Positions 1 through 13,780 of a DNA stretch of 64,000 nucleotides are shown here, one piece after another (position 1 is the first letter of the stretch; every line of letters begins with the position of its first letter). The translations under genes were made by a program, and so were the position numbers. The notes under the pieces were generated by a model. The model worked only from the letters and a program-made list of their open reading frames with translations, made no database searches and was not told where the DNA came from. This stretch comes from the human T2T-CHM13v2.0 reference genome, Homo sapiens. The stretch lies in NCBI RefSeq assembly GCF_009914755.1, contig NC_060941.1; one strand, 5' to 3'.

Positions 1-369
1 TCAGTATGCTTACCCATTATCAAAAGCCCAGAGTATTAATCTATTTTCTATTACTCTTCTTGTGGGAGAAAAGATGTACCCATTTCTGTTCAAGAAGCAG
101 GACAGCTGCATTTTTAGGTAGCAAAAATCCTCTTGGGAGGATCAAAGCAGATGGTTTCTTTTTATGAGCCATATAAAACTGTCCAGTAAATATTCTCTGC
201 GCTCTCTTTATTTACTGTTATCTGGGCTTATATAAAGATACAAATACACAGGTGAGTTTGCTGTAATATACAAACAACTTTTTGTTCTTGTTAACTGGGC
301 TCAAAAGACAGCACATTTTAATTGACCTGAAGTTATTTCCACCACAACCAATAAAACTGAGACAATTAA

Positions 370-681
<312 letters not shown>

Positions 682-1030
682 TAGGGTCCTCCAAGTATGA
701 GAAGTGCTCAAACACAGACATTTTCTGTTGTGGCTAGTGGGTGACAGGTGAGCATCCTATCTAAAGGCAGATGGTGGATTTTTTGTACTTCCTCTAAGGC
801 AACAATACAGCTTTAGACTTCTTTGCTAGGAAAGGACATGCAGAAAAGTTGAAACAACAACATACCAAATCACATCGTAAGGTTCTCTTCACTGGGATGT
901 ACCATCCTAACTGGAGCTCACGGAAGAAACTCTTAATTTACTGACATTACAGAGCTAATATAGGCATAGATATTAAAGTGTGCTTAAATCAACCATCTTT
1001 TGCTAGGTTAAGACTAAAAAATAAAAAATA

Positions 1031-2625
<1,595 letters not shown>

Positions 2626-3280
2626 TGAGCTCCTCTGAGTAATTTTAGGTATCACTTGTACTTTCACTCAGGTTAGCAAAAACCAGTGTTTTATTCAACA
2701 CATTCATAGTGACTAGTTGAATTCCATTTAAATTAAGATTAGACAATTTATTGAACATTACTGATTTAGCTTTCAAAAATACTCCTGGAGGCATACTTGA
2801 ACTTACCAAGAACATACCAAGAACTTACAACAGACCAACATGAATCCCATCTCCAGATTCAAATGAAAGCAGTACCTAAATATTCCTTTGAACCTTTATA
2901 TCTATTAAAAATACACAAGTCATTTACAAAAGCCAAAACTGTCCTAATATATTATTAGTGGAGCTATATGTAAAGTACTTAGTGAGCCTTAAGGAACAGC
3001 AGCAGATTGATGAGATTACAACTGCATCCTACCTTTTACTGAGTATGGCAATTAATTTTGGGACAGGCCTTAAGTGAAAAATTTCCCATAACAGTACTAC
3101 TAAGTACTTGCCTTACTTTACACAAAAACTGTAATCTTTCAAGAGTATAACCTCCTTTTCCACTTTAAATATTTCTGACACTTGCACTCATTTCATAACA
3201 ATTAGCCCCTAAGCCCTACATTAAGAAGCATGCATCTGAACCTGAGTTAAAATTGAACATTACCGTATCTTCCATATTTA

Positions 3281-3448
<168 letters not shown>

Positions 3449-3752
3449 CTAATTCAACACAGAAAATGCAAAACAAATAAATAAATAAATAAAATAAACA
3501 TAAAACCAAATTAGGTTTGTTTACTGTAGAATCATTTTACTATTGATGGGGCCGGGCGAGGGGAAGGAATCTAGACGTTGTCACCTCCAGTTCGTCAGTG
3601 CTAGGCTTCTAAGCACTTACAATGTCAAAAACAACATGCTGACAAGATAATGTTAAAGTTAATATATTTTAATCTATCACTTGCCTGATACTATTCTAAT
3701 GAGGAGCTAAACACAACAAAATCAGAAAAACCACCTCCTTAAAAGTTCAAAC

Positions 3753-4010
3753 AGGTTGGGCATGACAGCTCACTCCTATAATCTCAACACTTTGTGAGGC
3801 CAAGGTGAGAGGACTGCTTGACGTGCCTGGGCAGCATAGTGAGACCCTATTTCTACAAAAACATTTAAAAAATTAGCCCAGCATGGTGGAATGTTCCTGT
3901 GGTCCCACTACTTGGGAGGCTTAGGTGGGAGGATCACTTGAGCCCAGAGTTTGAGGCTGCAGGGAGCTAGGATCAAGCCTTGGAGACCCTGTATCCAAAA
4001 ACAAACAAAC
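3753..4010 (+). mobile_element. Diverged Alu (AluJ-like)
   Basis: Degenerate Alu dimer with GGAGGATCACTTGAGCCC. Confidence 0.85.
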
Positions 4011-4614
4011 AACCCCACTTCAAACATCAAACATTTTCTGCAAGGCAGTTTTCTATTCTATGTGTGAAACCTTTGTTACGACTCACTGAAAATATGCAAA
4101 ACTCCAAGCTGAGCTTAGTTTTGCCTGTGCACAGAGACCTTTTTACTCTCATTCTTCGAAAACCTCATTTTGGATCTCGCTGCCAACACCAGAGAGAGGA
4201 AAGCTGGCCAACAATTCCAAATATAACACGCGGAGGCAAATGCTACAGAAATCTGTCTGACGGGAAGGGACCATGCTGAGGTCTGCCGAGGTAGATGCAC
4301 TTCTCTATCAGACCATTTTGGTCCCTCAGTCTGTTTGGAGCAAAATGCCATAAGAAGGTAATCACAGGAAACCAGTCAGTTTTATCATCCTGATTACTGA
4401 TGCCCCATGGTATTCACTCTGTCAATGACAACAATCCTACCAATCTCAAACAGAAAGATGGGTCAGTGAAAAGTAAAGCTGTACTGGTTATTCTAATTTT
4501 TAACAGATTTTTTGGGATCAGTCCAGAGACCTTTCAGAAAGCTCAACTCATGGCATGATAATTATGATGAAGTCAGATTCACCAAGGGACACTTAAAAAC
4601 ATATCTCCCTCCAT

Positions 4615-4912
4615 GGCTGGGTGTGGTGGCTCACACCTGTAATCCCAGCTCTTTGGGAGGCCGAGGCGGGTGGATCATGAGGTCAGGAGTTCGAGACCAG
4701 CCTGACCAACACGGTGAAACCCTGTCTCTACTAAAAATACAAGAAAATTAGCCAGGCCTGGTGGCGTGCGCCTGTAATCCCAGCTACTCAGAAGGCTGAG
4801 AAAGGAGAATTGCTTGAGCCCGGGAGGCGTTGCAGTGAGCTGAGATTGCGCTACTGCACTCCAGCCTCGGTGACAGAGCAAGACTCCGTCTCAGAAAAAC
4901 AAAAACAAAAAC
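4615..4912 (+). mobile_element. Alu (AluS-like)
   Basis: Full dimer with A-rich tail. Confidence 0.93.
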
Positions 4913-5465
4913 ACCACACACACATCTCTTTCCAATTCTCTAGGGACAGGTTTAGTAACCCCTACTATCACTCTGAATAATTGATAAACCAGTTAAACTT
5001 GGATAAAATGATTACACTATCACTTAATCAAAAAGACATCAGTTCTTCAACCTTAATTCTTTGGTGAGGTCACGGTACTGAGCACAAGACAATTCATTCC
5101 AGAGAATCATTACAGAAAACCCAGAAATAGGTTCCCAGTCTAACTGGGAAGAGATGACGTGCCTCATACAAAGCATTGTCTCCTGAGAAAAGACAACAAT
5201 TAAAACAGCTTATTTGACTAGTCATTTCCTTACTATTTATCTTAGAAAGATCTCCTGTGGTTTATAGCTGTGTTACCAAGCCCGGGAGGTAAAGTTTGCC
5301 TAGAACCACTTTTGGAACACTTGTACTGGATTCCGTTCACAGTGAGGCAGACTGGCAAGGAATACTAGAGACTGAAAAAAGACTTATCCCACAGAGCTTT
5401 GGATAGAGAACCACAGCAGCACTGCAATTAAGACCTACAGCATTTGCAAAATTTAAATTTCACTT

Positions 5466-5597
5466 TTTCTTTAAATTTTGTAGAGATGGAGTCTTGCTAT
5501 GTTGCCTAGACTGGTCTTGAACTCCTGGCCTCAGGCGATCCTCCCACCTTGGCCCCTTTAAGTGCTGGGATTACAGGCATGAGCCACCATACTCGGC
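5466..5597 (-). mobile_element. Alu left monomer (FLAM-like)
   Basis: TAGAGATGGAGTCTTGCTATGTTGCC...GAGCCACC, single arm. Confidence 0.85.
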
Positions 5598-5744
5598 TTC
5601 AACCTTACTCTTGTACTTTCCGTATGGAAGGAAAATTATCATTATCATGCCTACCTAAATAATTCAGTCTTAGCCAGTTTAAAAGGGAAGCCAGAGGAAA
5701 TATAACCTTACTCTCACATGATAAAATTAAGCAGTAATAGGACA

Positions 5745-6433
<689 letters not shown>

Positions 6434-8825
6434 TCACTAAATGAAATTCGTCTAGGGAATACCTACTTAAAAGACTTCCTGCCTTTGCACCAATATCTAC
6501 AATGCTTTGTGATTTAGATAATAACTCAGATAAGTCAATGGTACATTCAGTATTGACATCTTCAAAGGGAGAATTGGAGATGTGAAACAAGCACTACTTC
6601 ATTTACACATTCACAAATCTCTGATTACCAGTTCCCATTCAATGCCTCAAAAAAAAAAAAAATTTCAATGAAATGCACAGTCTGGGCAAGTCTGAATCTC
6701 ACCAACAGCTAAAGAGTCCCTCCTTCTTTCTCCTTTCATCTAAAGTGGAAACTGTTAATTGTTACAACTTGACAAGACTTTAGACTCGTCTAATTAAAAA
6801 ATTCAGAGGTTAGGTTTTAGAGTTTAAAAGCCCAATCTCAGGCAAAACAGACAGCACACTTTTCCCATGCCTGAGGTTTCTAATAAACAATTTCAGCTTT
6901 ATCAAATAAGAGAGCTTATCAAATTCTCACTCAACATGCATGTCAGCAATCATGGTTAACACCAATTTCATCCTAGGAGTAGGACGTAAGCCCACATTTT
7001 AAATCAAGAAGTCTACAACTCAGTCCTGGTATACATACCAAACAAACACACTAAAAAAATGTAAGCAACTGGGAATAACTGGTAAGCAACACAACGTATA
7101 TTCAGGCACAAATTTCTCCTAAGAATAGCAAAAGAAATGTGACCAGAAATATCTTCTCCAGGTGGATTACACCTTATAGGAAGTAAAGGCTAAAAACCAC
7201 AGACCCTTAGTCACTTCATAATAAAAATTTTAAAGCCAGCAGCAAAACTTCCTCTACGATAATCATTTTTGTCCCAGCAATTTTACAAGCTGGGATGGGG
7301 TGCCCTCCTGGGCAAAAGTATCTTGGGAATGGTAATGGGAGTTTCCTACATAACTTCTGACCACAAACTTAATTTGCTCAGTATCAGTCATCTGTCTAAT
7401 AAGTGTTCCCAAACCTGCAATTAGTACAAATATACAGTAGACACTACTCCACAAACCGAGAGATGGAACGTGAATGGAACTGTTGAGAGACCTTCGGTGA
7501 AATTTCACTTAAAACAAAATAAAAAGAGGGCTAAAAAAGGCAACATCAAACAACTGGTGGGAACACAGAACAGCCCCCTTTTCCTCTCTCCAGTCTGGCT
7601 CCTCTCTCAAACCCCTGCCTCAGTCAACTGTTGCAGAACAACAGAACGAGACCCAGTAGAACAAGACGAAATCTGGGTTTGCTGCCGCAGATGTGGGATT
7701 TTTGTGGAGGGCAGAGGTGATTTCGGCCGGCAGAAGATGGAGTTTAAACTCTTCTTTGCCGGATTGTCCTGGGCTGAGCCGCTGAGGAGGATCACGCAGC
7801 GGGCGATCAACTCAGGTCCCTCCCTCTCGGTTCGGTCTCTCCCCTCCTCTCATGTCCAGTAAGGGGGAAAAAGCGTACGGCTTTCCAGCTCTCAGCTCCT
7901 TAAAAATGCCTTTCTAGTGCCACCGCACACAATCCTCCCTCTGGCAGCAAAGAATTTTGCAGCGAAGGGCTCGCCGATCCGGAGCGGAGAAATGAAATCG
8001 GCGCCCAAGGGCAATTTTAATTGTCTAACCCGGCCCGATTTCCTAAGAGGCAGCGGCGCCGGGAGGGAGGAGGGAAGAGGGAGGAGGAAGGAAGGCAGCT
8101 CTGAGAGGCAACAGGGGGCAAGCGGAGGCAGAGAAAGGGGATCAAAGCGGCGAGATCCCAGACTGGGCCCCCGAGGAGCTTCTGCAGAAAGGACTCTGGG
8201 GCTGTCCCCACCGTTCCCCCGAGAGACGTTTGCAAATCATATATGCAGCCAAAATGGCGCTGAGAATAAAAATATAATTTAAAGGCAGGTCGCCATATTG
8301 TAAACAGAGAGGCAAAGAAGAGGCGGACTCGAGAGACACCCTCCACGATTTTTTCTACAGCCACAAGCGCCCGGTTGCCGGGGTCTGGACCAGGGCAACT
8401 CAGGTGGCCGAGGGCTCCACGCACCCACCCCGAGGAGATCCCGGCCGGGCAGGAGCCCCGAGGGCAGCGGGCGCGCGGGCAGGCAAGCGGCACTGGGCCC
8501 GGAGCTCCTCCCCTTCCTCCCCCGCCACTGCCGGCTGTCCCCGGCCGGCTCTGTCCCGGCTCCCCAGCGACTTCCAATCCCATATGGGGTTCTCTTCACT
8601 CGTCCCAACCCCCACCTCGGGGTCCGGACCCACCGCTGCTCCTCCCCGCTAAACTGCCAGAACCCGGCGGACACCTGGGGGCGGGGAGGTGCTCGCCCCG
8701 GCAGCTGCAGAAAGTCAGCTAGCGGCTGCAAGCGCCCGTTATTTCGGCAGTCAGGGGCAGGCCGGGTGAAGGAATGCGCAGAGAAGGGTCCGCCAAGAAG
8801 CTCCAAAAGGGTCCCCAGACCTTAC

Positions 8826-9007
8826 CAGCACTGGAGGTGGAAGGCAGCCGGGCAGTGGTCGCAGCACAGGAGATCTCCACCTTCCTTGCAGCTATCGCAG
8901 CTGTCGTGGTTGGTGGCCCTGCCGCTTCTCCGGGGCTCCTTCTCAGGCTTCCGACTGCGCTTTTCTGCCTCGTCCGTCTTGGGGGGAGCCAGCAGAGCTT
9001 GGATTTG
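8826..9007 (-). CDS. PHF12: PHF12 coding exon 2 (N-terminal part of PHD finger 1)
   Basis: CAG acceptor at 9008-9010; 182 nt, [60 protein letters not shown] with PHD Cys/His pattern; TG|GTAAGG donor. Later exons lie left of the window. Confidence 0.96.
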
Positions 9008-9655
9008 CTGCACACACATACAAACGGCGTGTGTGCACACTCGGAGCTCCCGGGCGGTCCGTCGCCCCCCCGGCGCGGTTTCTCCGTCACCCACCCCTCT
9101 CCCCCCTTTTGTCCTTCTTCCTCCCATCCAGGCTGCTCCCAGAATCTCTCAGCCCCCGGAACCAGGGGGAGCCCACCCTAACCGCGTTCCTGCAGCACAA
9201 CAACGAGAACAGCTTCTTCCAAATGGGGAGGATCAAGGGTAGGGGGATGGGAAGAGGGTGCGCGGTTCCCTTCTTGCCACTTCCTTGTATGGACAGTGGG
9301 GGACTCCAAAGACCCGCTCGGGAGAGGCCCAAAGCCCGGTACCCGGACGTGCTGGGGGAAGCACAAAGGGGCCAACAAGAAGGGGGTGGGGAGGCCTGCC
9401 GGTGCAACGAGATGGAGTGGGCTGGCGCCTCGGGAGAGCGAATCGAGGGCGGCGGGTAGGTGAAACTGCTGCAAACGTCCTCGGAGGCTGAGCTCAGCCC
9501 CCTAAATTGCAAAGAGGGGAGGGAGAGGCTAGGTGAGGAAGAATCCCCCTCCCTCGGCCATCTAGGCGCTTCGAGTTTAGGACTGGCTTTGTGGGGCGGA
9601 GGGCGGAGGTTCCCTCCCGGCGCTGGAGGAAGGAGATGAGGAGGGCCACTCTTAC

Positions 9656-9721
9656 CTCCATCAGCCCCCCTGATGTGTCCAAGTCGTACACGATCGTCTT
9701 GGTCTCCATTTTCTCCCACAT
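9656..9721 (-). CDS. PHF12: PHF12 (PHD finger protein 12 / Pf1, SIN3-HDAC complex) coding exon 1
   Basis: Encodes [22 protein letters not shown] (66 nt), the recognised PHF12 N-terminus; ends at GAG|GTAAGA donor, phase 0. Confidence 0.96.
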
Positions 9722-11099
9722 TCATCCACCTCCCGGGCTGGGTGCTCTCTGCTCCGGCCCCCCCAACCCCGGGGGGAGGGGGGAGGTGAGGGGAGGGGGC
9801 GCTCCTGACCCCGGCCCCGCTTTTTTCCCAATACGGGTCCCGACTTCCTCGCCCTGGCTCCCCCCCACCCCCCGGCCCCCAGTCCCCGGGACGACAGCGT
9901 CCTCCCGACGGGCCGCGAGGGGGGAGCGGCCCCTCAGTCCCGGCCCGGCTGCTGGCTGCACAGTGGGTCCCGGCTCCGGGGGTCAGGCCTCGGCGGGGCC
10001 TAGTCCCACAGGCTAAAGCCGGCACTGGCGACAGCCGGTCCGGCCGGGAAGGCTGGCGGGCGCTGCCATCCCGGGGCTGGGGGTATCGGAGGGGGGGTGA
10101 GAGGTTACGTGAGGTTGTGGTACGTGAGGTGACTGGGGGGAGGGTGATGGGGGGTGGTCCCCGGGCTCCGCCTCTCGCCGCCGCCGCCGTCTGCGTCCCG
10201 GCTGCCGCGCACTTGGCGCAAACTTACCGCGAGCGCCCGCAAAGCCACCCGCGCAGGCGCCCCGGGATCGGCGCTCGCCGCGCGCAACCGCAGTGACAGC
10301 CGGCGGCCTGGCTCCCGCGCAGCCGCGGTGAGGGAGTACCCCCCAGCGCGCAGCCGCGCTGGCATTCGTCTGGAGGACCGAAGCCCCACCTTTCTGCCCT
10401 GCGCCAGCGCACTGAGACAAAAGGGCGGGACCTGAGGTCTCGCGCAGGCGCTTGAGAAAGCTTGTAGGGGTCAAGGCGCAGCCGCAGGAAGCTAGGGACT
10501 GTTCATCCATTGGTGTTTGTGTGCAAACTAAGACGACTCTGTTCTGCGCAGGCGTGTTGGGGGTGCTCCCCCTTCCTCTCCGTAACACAGACGCCTCCCG
10601 CGCAGGCGTATTGCCTTCCGCAGGCCCTCACAAGAAAGCTGCTCCTTTCGCCATTTTGGTAATGGGATATGGGCTATCATGCCCTTGGAGTCCTCAGGCA
10701 TGAACAGAAAGGAGCAAGGTGTGGTGTTGGATGGAGCTGGTCGCCTGTCGGTGACAGCAGTATTCCTAGGGATGTTGTACTTGACCGTTTGGTTCTACCA
10801 TCGGGTGTGGCTGGACCAGGCCACCATATTGGTAAAGAGAAAAGCCATTTGAGACAGAAAATGACGCTTTTGGAGGCGTGTGGGATGACTGTGGTTCCTA
10901 ATTCTCTCCCGCTCCTGACAGATAATTTTATCAGTTAATTGTATCCTCAGCATCCCTGCCTTGCGTGGTGGTGGCACTGGAGAGTTCCGCCTGCCCGTTA
11001 CCACCCTCTCTTCACCACTGTCCCTGAGATCTGCTCTTCAAGAGGAAGCCTAAAGTGGAGAGTTTGTAATCCTGACAACGCCCAGCTACCTGCGTACCC

Positions 11100-11350
11100 C
11101 GGACTCCAACTCCCAGTTTGCAACGCCAAAGGGTCTAAAGGGCGAACGGGGGCGCATTGCATCCTGGGAGCAAGAATCGCGATAGGTCTGATGGATTGTG
11201 GGAACTGTAGTTCCATGTGCGTGCGATGCACTCTATGGTAGGATAGACCCGGGGAAGAGTCATTTGCCGGCCAGGAAGGGATACTTTTGAGAGCGTCAGT
11301 GCTGCATGCCGGGATTTGTAGTCTGAGGGCCCGCCTCGCATTCTGGGCGG
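11100..11350. promoter_or_regulatory. ZNF143/THAP11 (SBS, ACTACAnnTCCCA) motif cluster upstream of PHF12
   Basis: ACTACAGTTCCCA (minus, 11199-11211), ACTACAAATCCCGGCATGCA (minus, 11303-11322), CTCCCAGGATGC (minus, 11159-11170), CCCAGAATGC (minus, 11338-11347), ACTCCAACTCCCAG (plus, 11103-11116). Confidence 0.65.
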
Positions 11351-13281
11351 GGATTCATGCTCCTTTTCAGGGCGCCCGCTCCTCCCCTTGGTATTGCCGT
11401 CAGAGATGGGCGGTTGGTTATTGCTGCCTGATGGTGGATGAAGCAGTGGAAAAGAGAATTGTATCGTTGTGCTTGACACTAGGGGTTTAGTTGGAATTGT
11501 TGCTTCGTAGCTGTGCTCGGCCCACTTTTAATGTTAAGGGACACAGCATTCTCAGAGTCGTCAAACTAGCAAGGGTTTAGAGACCATCTGATTTAATCCC
11601 CTCTTTTCCAGATGCACAGGGAGGCGCAGTGATTTGCCTAGGTCACATAGTGCATTTATGGCAGACCTAAGAATTGGATTTCTTGATTCTCAAGCCAGAC
11701 ACTGTCCATTACACTATGTCGACTGTGTCTAAGGAATTACTATGCTTGCTTTGGGGACAGTAAGGAGGATGAGTTAGACAGAGTGGGGATGTCAGTGTAT
11801 GGAGTCTTAGGTTTCTGTTTTCCTGACTTTTCGCTTTTCTGATGACCCTCTTGGTGCCTGGAAAGAATGATAAGGTCATGGATGGTGGGGTGGAGAATGT
11901 CATGTGAATTGGCTGCCCTCTGCTTTCTACCATTCTGAGCCAACAATAAACTTCAGGAGCTGTGGACCGGGGATGTGGCCATCAGAGAGGGGAGGGCTGA
12001 GCTAGATTGTTTGTATGAAAGAGGCAAGATTTTCTATCTCCTATGGCTATATTTTATGTCACAGGCTCTCAGAGTTTAGAACCTCATGTGCCCTCTCTCT
12101 TTGGCTTTTTTTCCTACTGCTCAGGGCCCAGCTGTGCTGCTGTGTTAACCTGGAGGCATTATGGAACAGGTAAGTAAGCCATTGGCATCCATCCACTGGA
12201 CAAGGCTTTGCTTTGATCAACACCATCAATTGCAGCTGATAATAGGAACTATGGGCTAATGAGGGAAATAAGACTTGGCTCTGTTGACAAGAGCCAGGGA
12301 AACTTCACACCTCTTCCTCTTGGAACTTGCAGGATGAGGTTAGGCCAGTGGGGCCAAGGAATGCTCCCACCTTGGAGAGCTCCCGCCCTGACAGTTGAGG
12401 GGGGATTGAGGGGCGAGCAGGTGGGATACAGACGCCTTTGGAAGTGACCTCTTGTGGCTAATCTAGGCACTGCACTCTGCATGGACAAGAGCTTCTCCAT
12501 CCTTCAAGGTGGCTTGTGCTAGAGCCAGGGGTAGGCAGCATGAGTGGTCAAGACTTCCCTTTTGGAAGACTGTAGAAGCAGAAGGTGCTGGTTGCTGCTA
12601 TTATTTCTTTCATGGATTTTTCTCTACTGGTTTCTGAGCTCCCATAATTTCCTGTTGCCTGCCTCTTGCTGTCACTCTTGGAGAGCAGCAATGCAGGGCA
12701 CACCTCTCAGCATGGAATGTGCATACTGGGGGCCAACGCTGGGCACTTTCCATCTTTGTAGGTGCTGGGGCCCATAGGGAAGGGGCAAACTTGAGCACAT
12801 CCTCCCAGCCACCTTTTTCCAGAGCCCATGGTTAGGGCCTTTGCCTAACTTAGGATCCAAGCCCGTAAGCTGCATTACCACTGCTCCTGACAATCTAAGG
12901 GTTTTGTAAGGCCAAGCCAGATTAGGGCTTCATGTTTTGGGGATCAGTCTCTGTTTCCTATTCTAATTTCCCAAGCCTTGCTTACTTAGAAATAAGGGGA
13001 AGGAGAGATGCATCAGACTTCCTGAGCCTAGTTAGCATTGAGAAGGGCATCAGTGGCGTTGAGAAGGGATTTGGGAGTGTGCCAGCCTGTAGTTCTGGAC
13101 CTGGCAAAGAGGAGGAAATAAGGCATTGGGTGGATGTGCAGTGGGGTTCCTGGGCTCCCACATCCCTGTAACATCAGCCATTGGGGCCTCTGATTTTGCC
13201 TGCTATCTGTTGCACTGTCCCTTTTGGTACAGGGGACCCTGTTCAACTGCATGCAATAATTTCTTTTAAAATAAAATCTGA

Positions 13282-13543
13282 GCACTTTGGGTGGCTGAGG
13301 TGGGAGGATCACTTGAGCCCAGGAGTTGGAGACCAGCCTGGGCAACATAGTAAGACCCCATCTCTACAATAATTTTTTTTTAAATTAGCCATGTGTGGTG
13401 GCCTGCATCTATAGTCTTAACTATTCAGGAGGCTGAGGTGGATCACTTGAGCCTTGGAGGTTGAGGCTGCAGTGAACCGTGATCCAGTCACTGCATTCCA
13501 CCCTGGTTGACAGAGTGAGACCCTATCTCAAAAACAGTAGTAA
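13282..13543 (+). mobile_element. AluJ-like between PHF12 and SEZ6
   Basis: Perfect 15-bp TSD TAAAATAAAATCTGA (13267-13281, 13544-13558). Confidence 0.92.
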
Positions 13544-13665
13544 TAAAATAAAATCTGAAGATGATTGATTGGTGGGTCTAGCATGCCTTCTGGTCCTGAA
13601 GTCCATATCCCATTTATCTGCCACCTCCCGTCCCTCCAAGAAAGCATCATTCACCTGGCCATTGC

Positions 13666-13780
13666 TTTTTTTTTTTTTTTTTTTTTTTTTCCAAAAACAC
13701 CATTTTAATAAGGAAACAACAGAAATAAAAGATTGTTCTCTGGCTGGAGCCCAGACCCCATATAATACATTACATGTACA
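13666..13780 (-). terminator. SEZ6: SEZ6 polyadenylation region
   Basis: ATTAAA (minus, 13704-13709); three upstream UGUA elements (13766-13769, 13771-13774, 13777-13780); genomic A25 at 13666-13690. Confidence 0.75.

Larger units (their letters stand above)
7900..10660. promoter_or_regulatory. PHF12: CpG island covering PHF12 promoter, exon 1, intron 1 and exon 2
   Basis: Very high GC and CpG density against AT-rich flanks. GC box ~10422-10431, CCAAT (minus) 10509-10513, four GCGCAGGCG NRF1-like motifs, YY1 motif CGCCATTTT 10649-10657. The exact TSS cannot be read from sequence. Confidence 0.88.

Noticed and set aside
3474-3500. Plus-strand AATAAA cluster as the end of an antisense lncRNA
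   Set aside because: Indistinguishable from a (TAAA)n low-complexity tract next to an Alu fragment without transcript data.
8017-10588. Long overlapping ORFs in the CpG island (e.g. 9087-10025, 312 aa; 8017-8583; 10013-10588)
   Set aside because: Stop-codon depletion in very GC-rich DNA, mostly non-ATG starts, low-complexity G/P/R/A composition. Only the spliced parts discussed above are supported.
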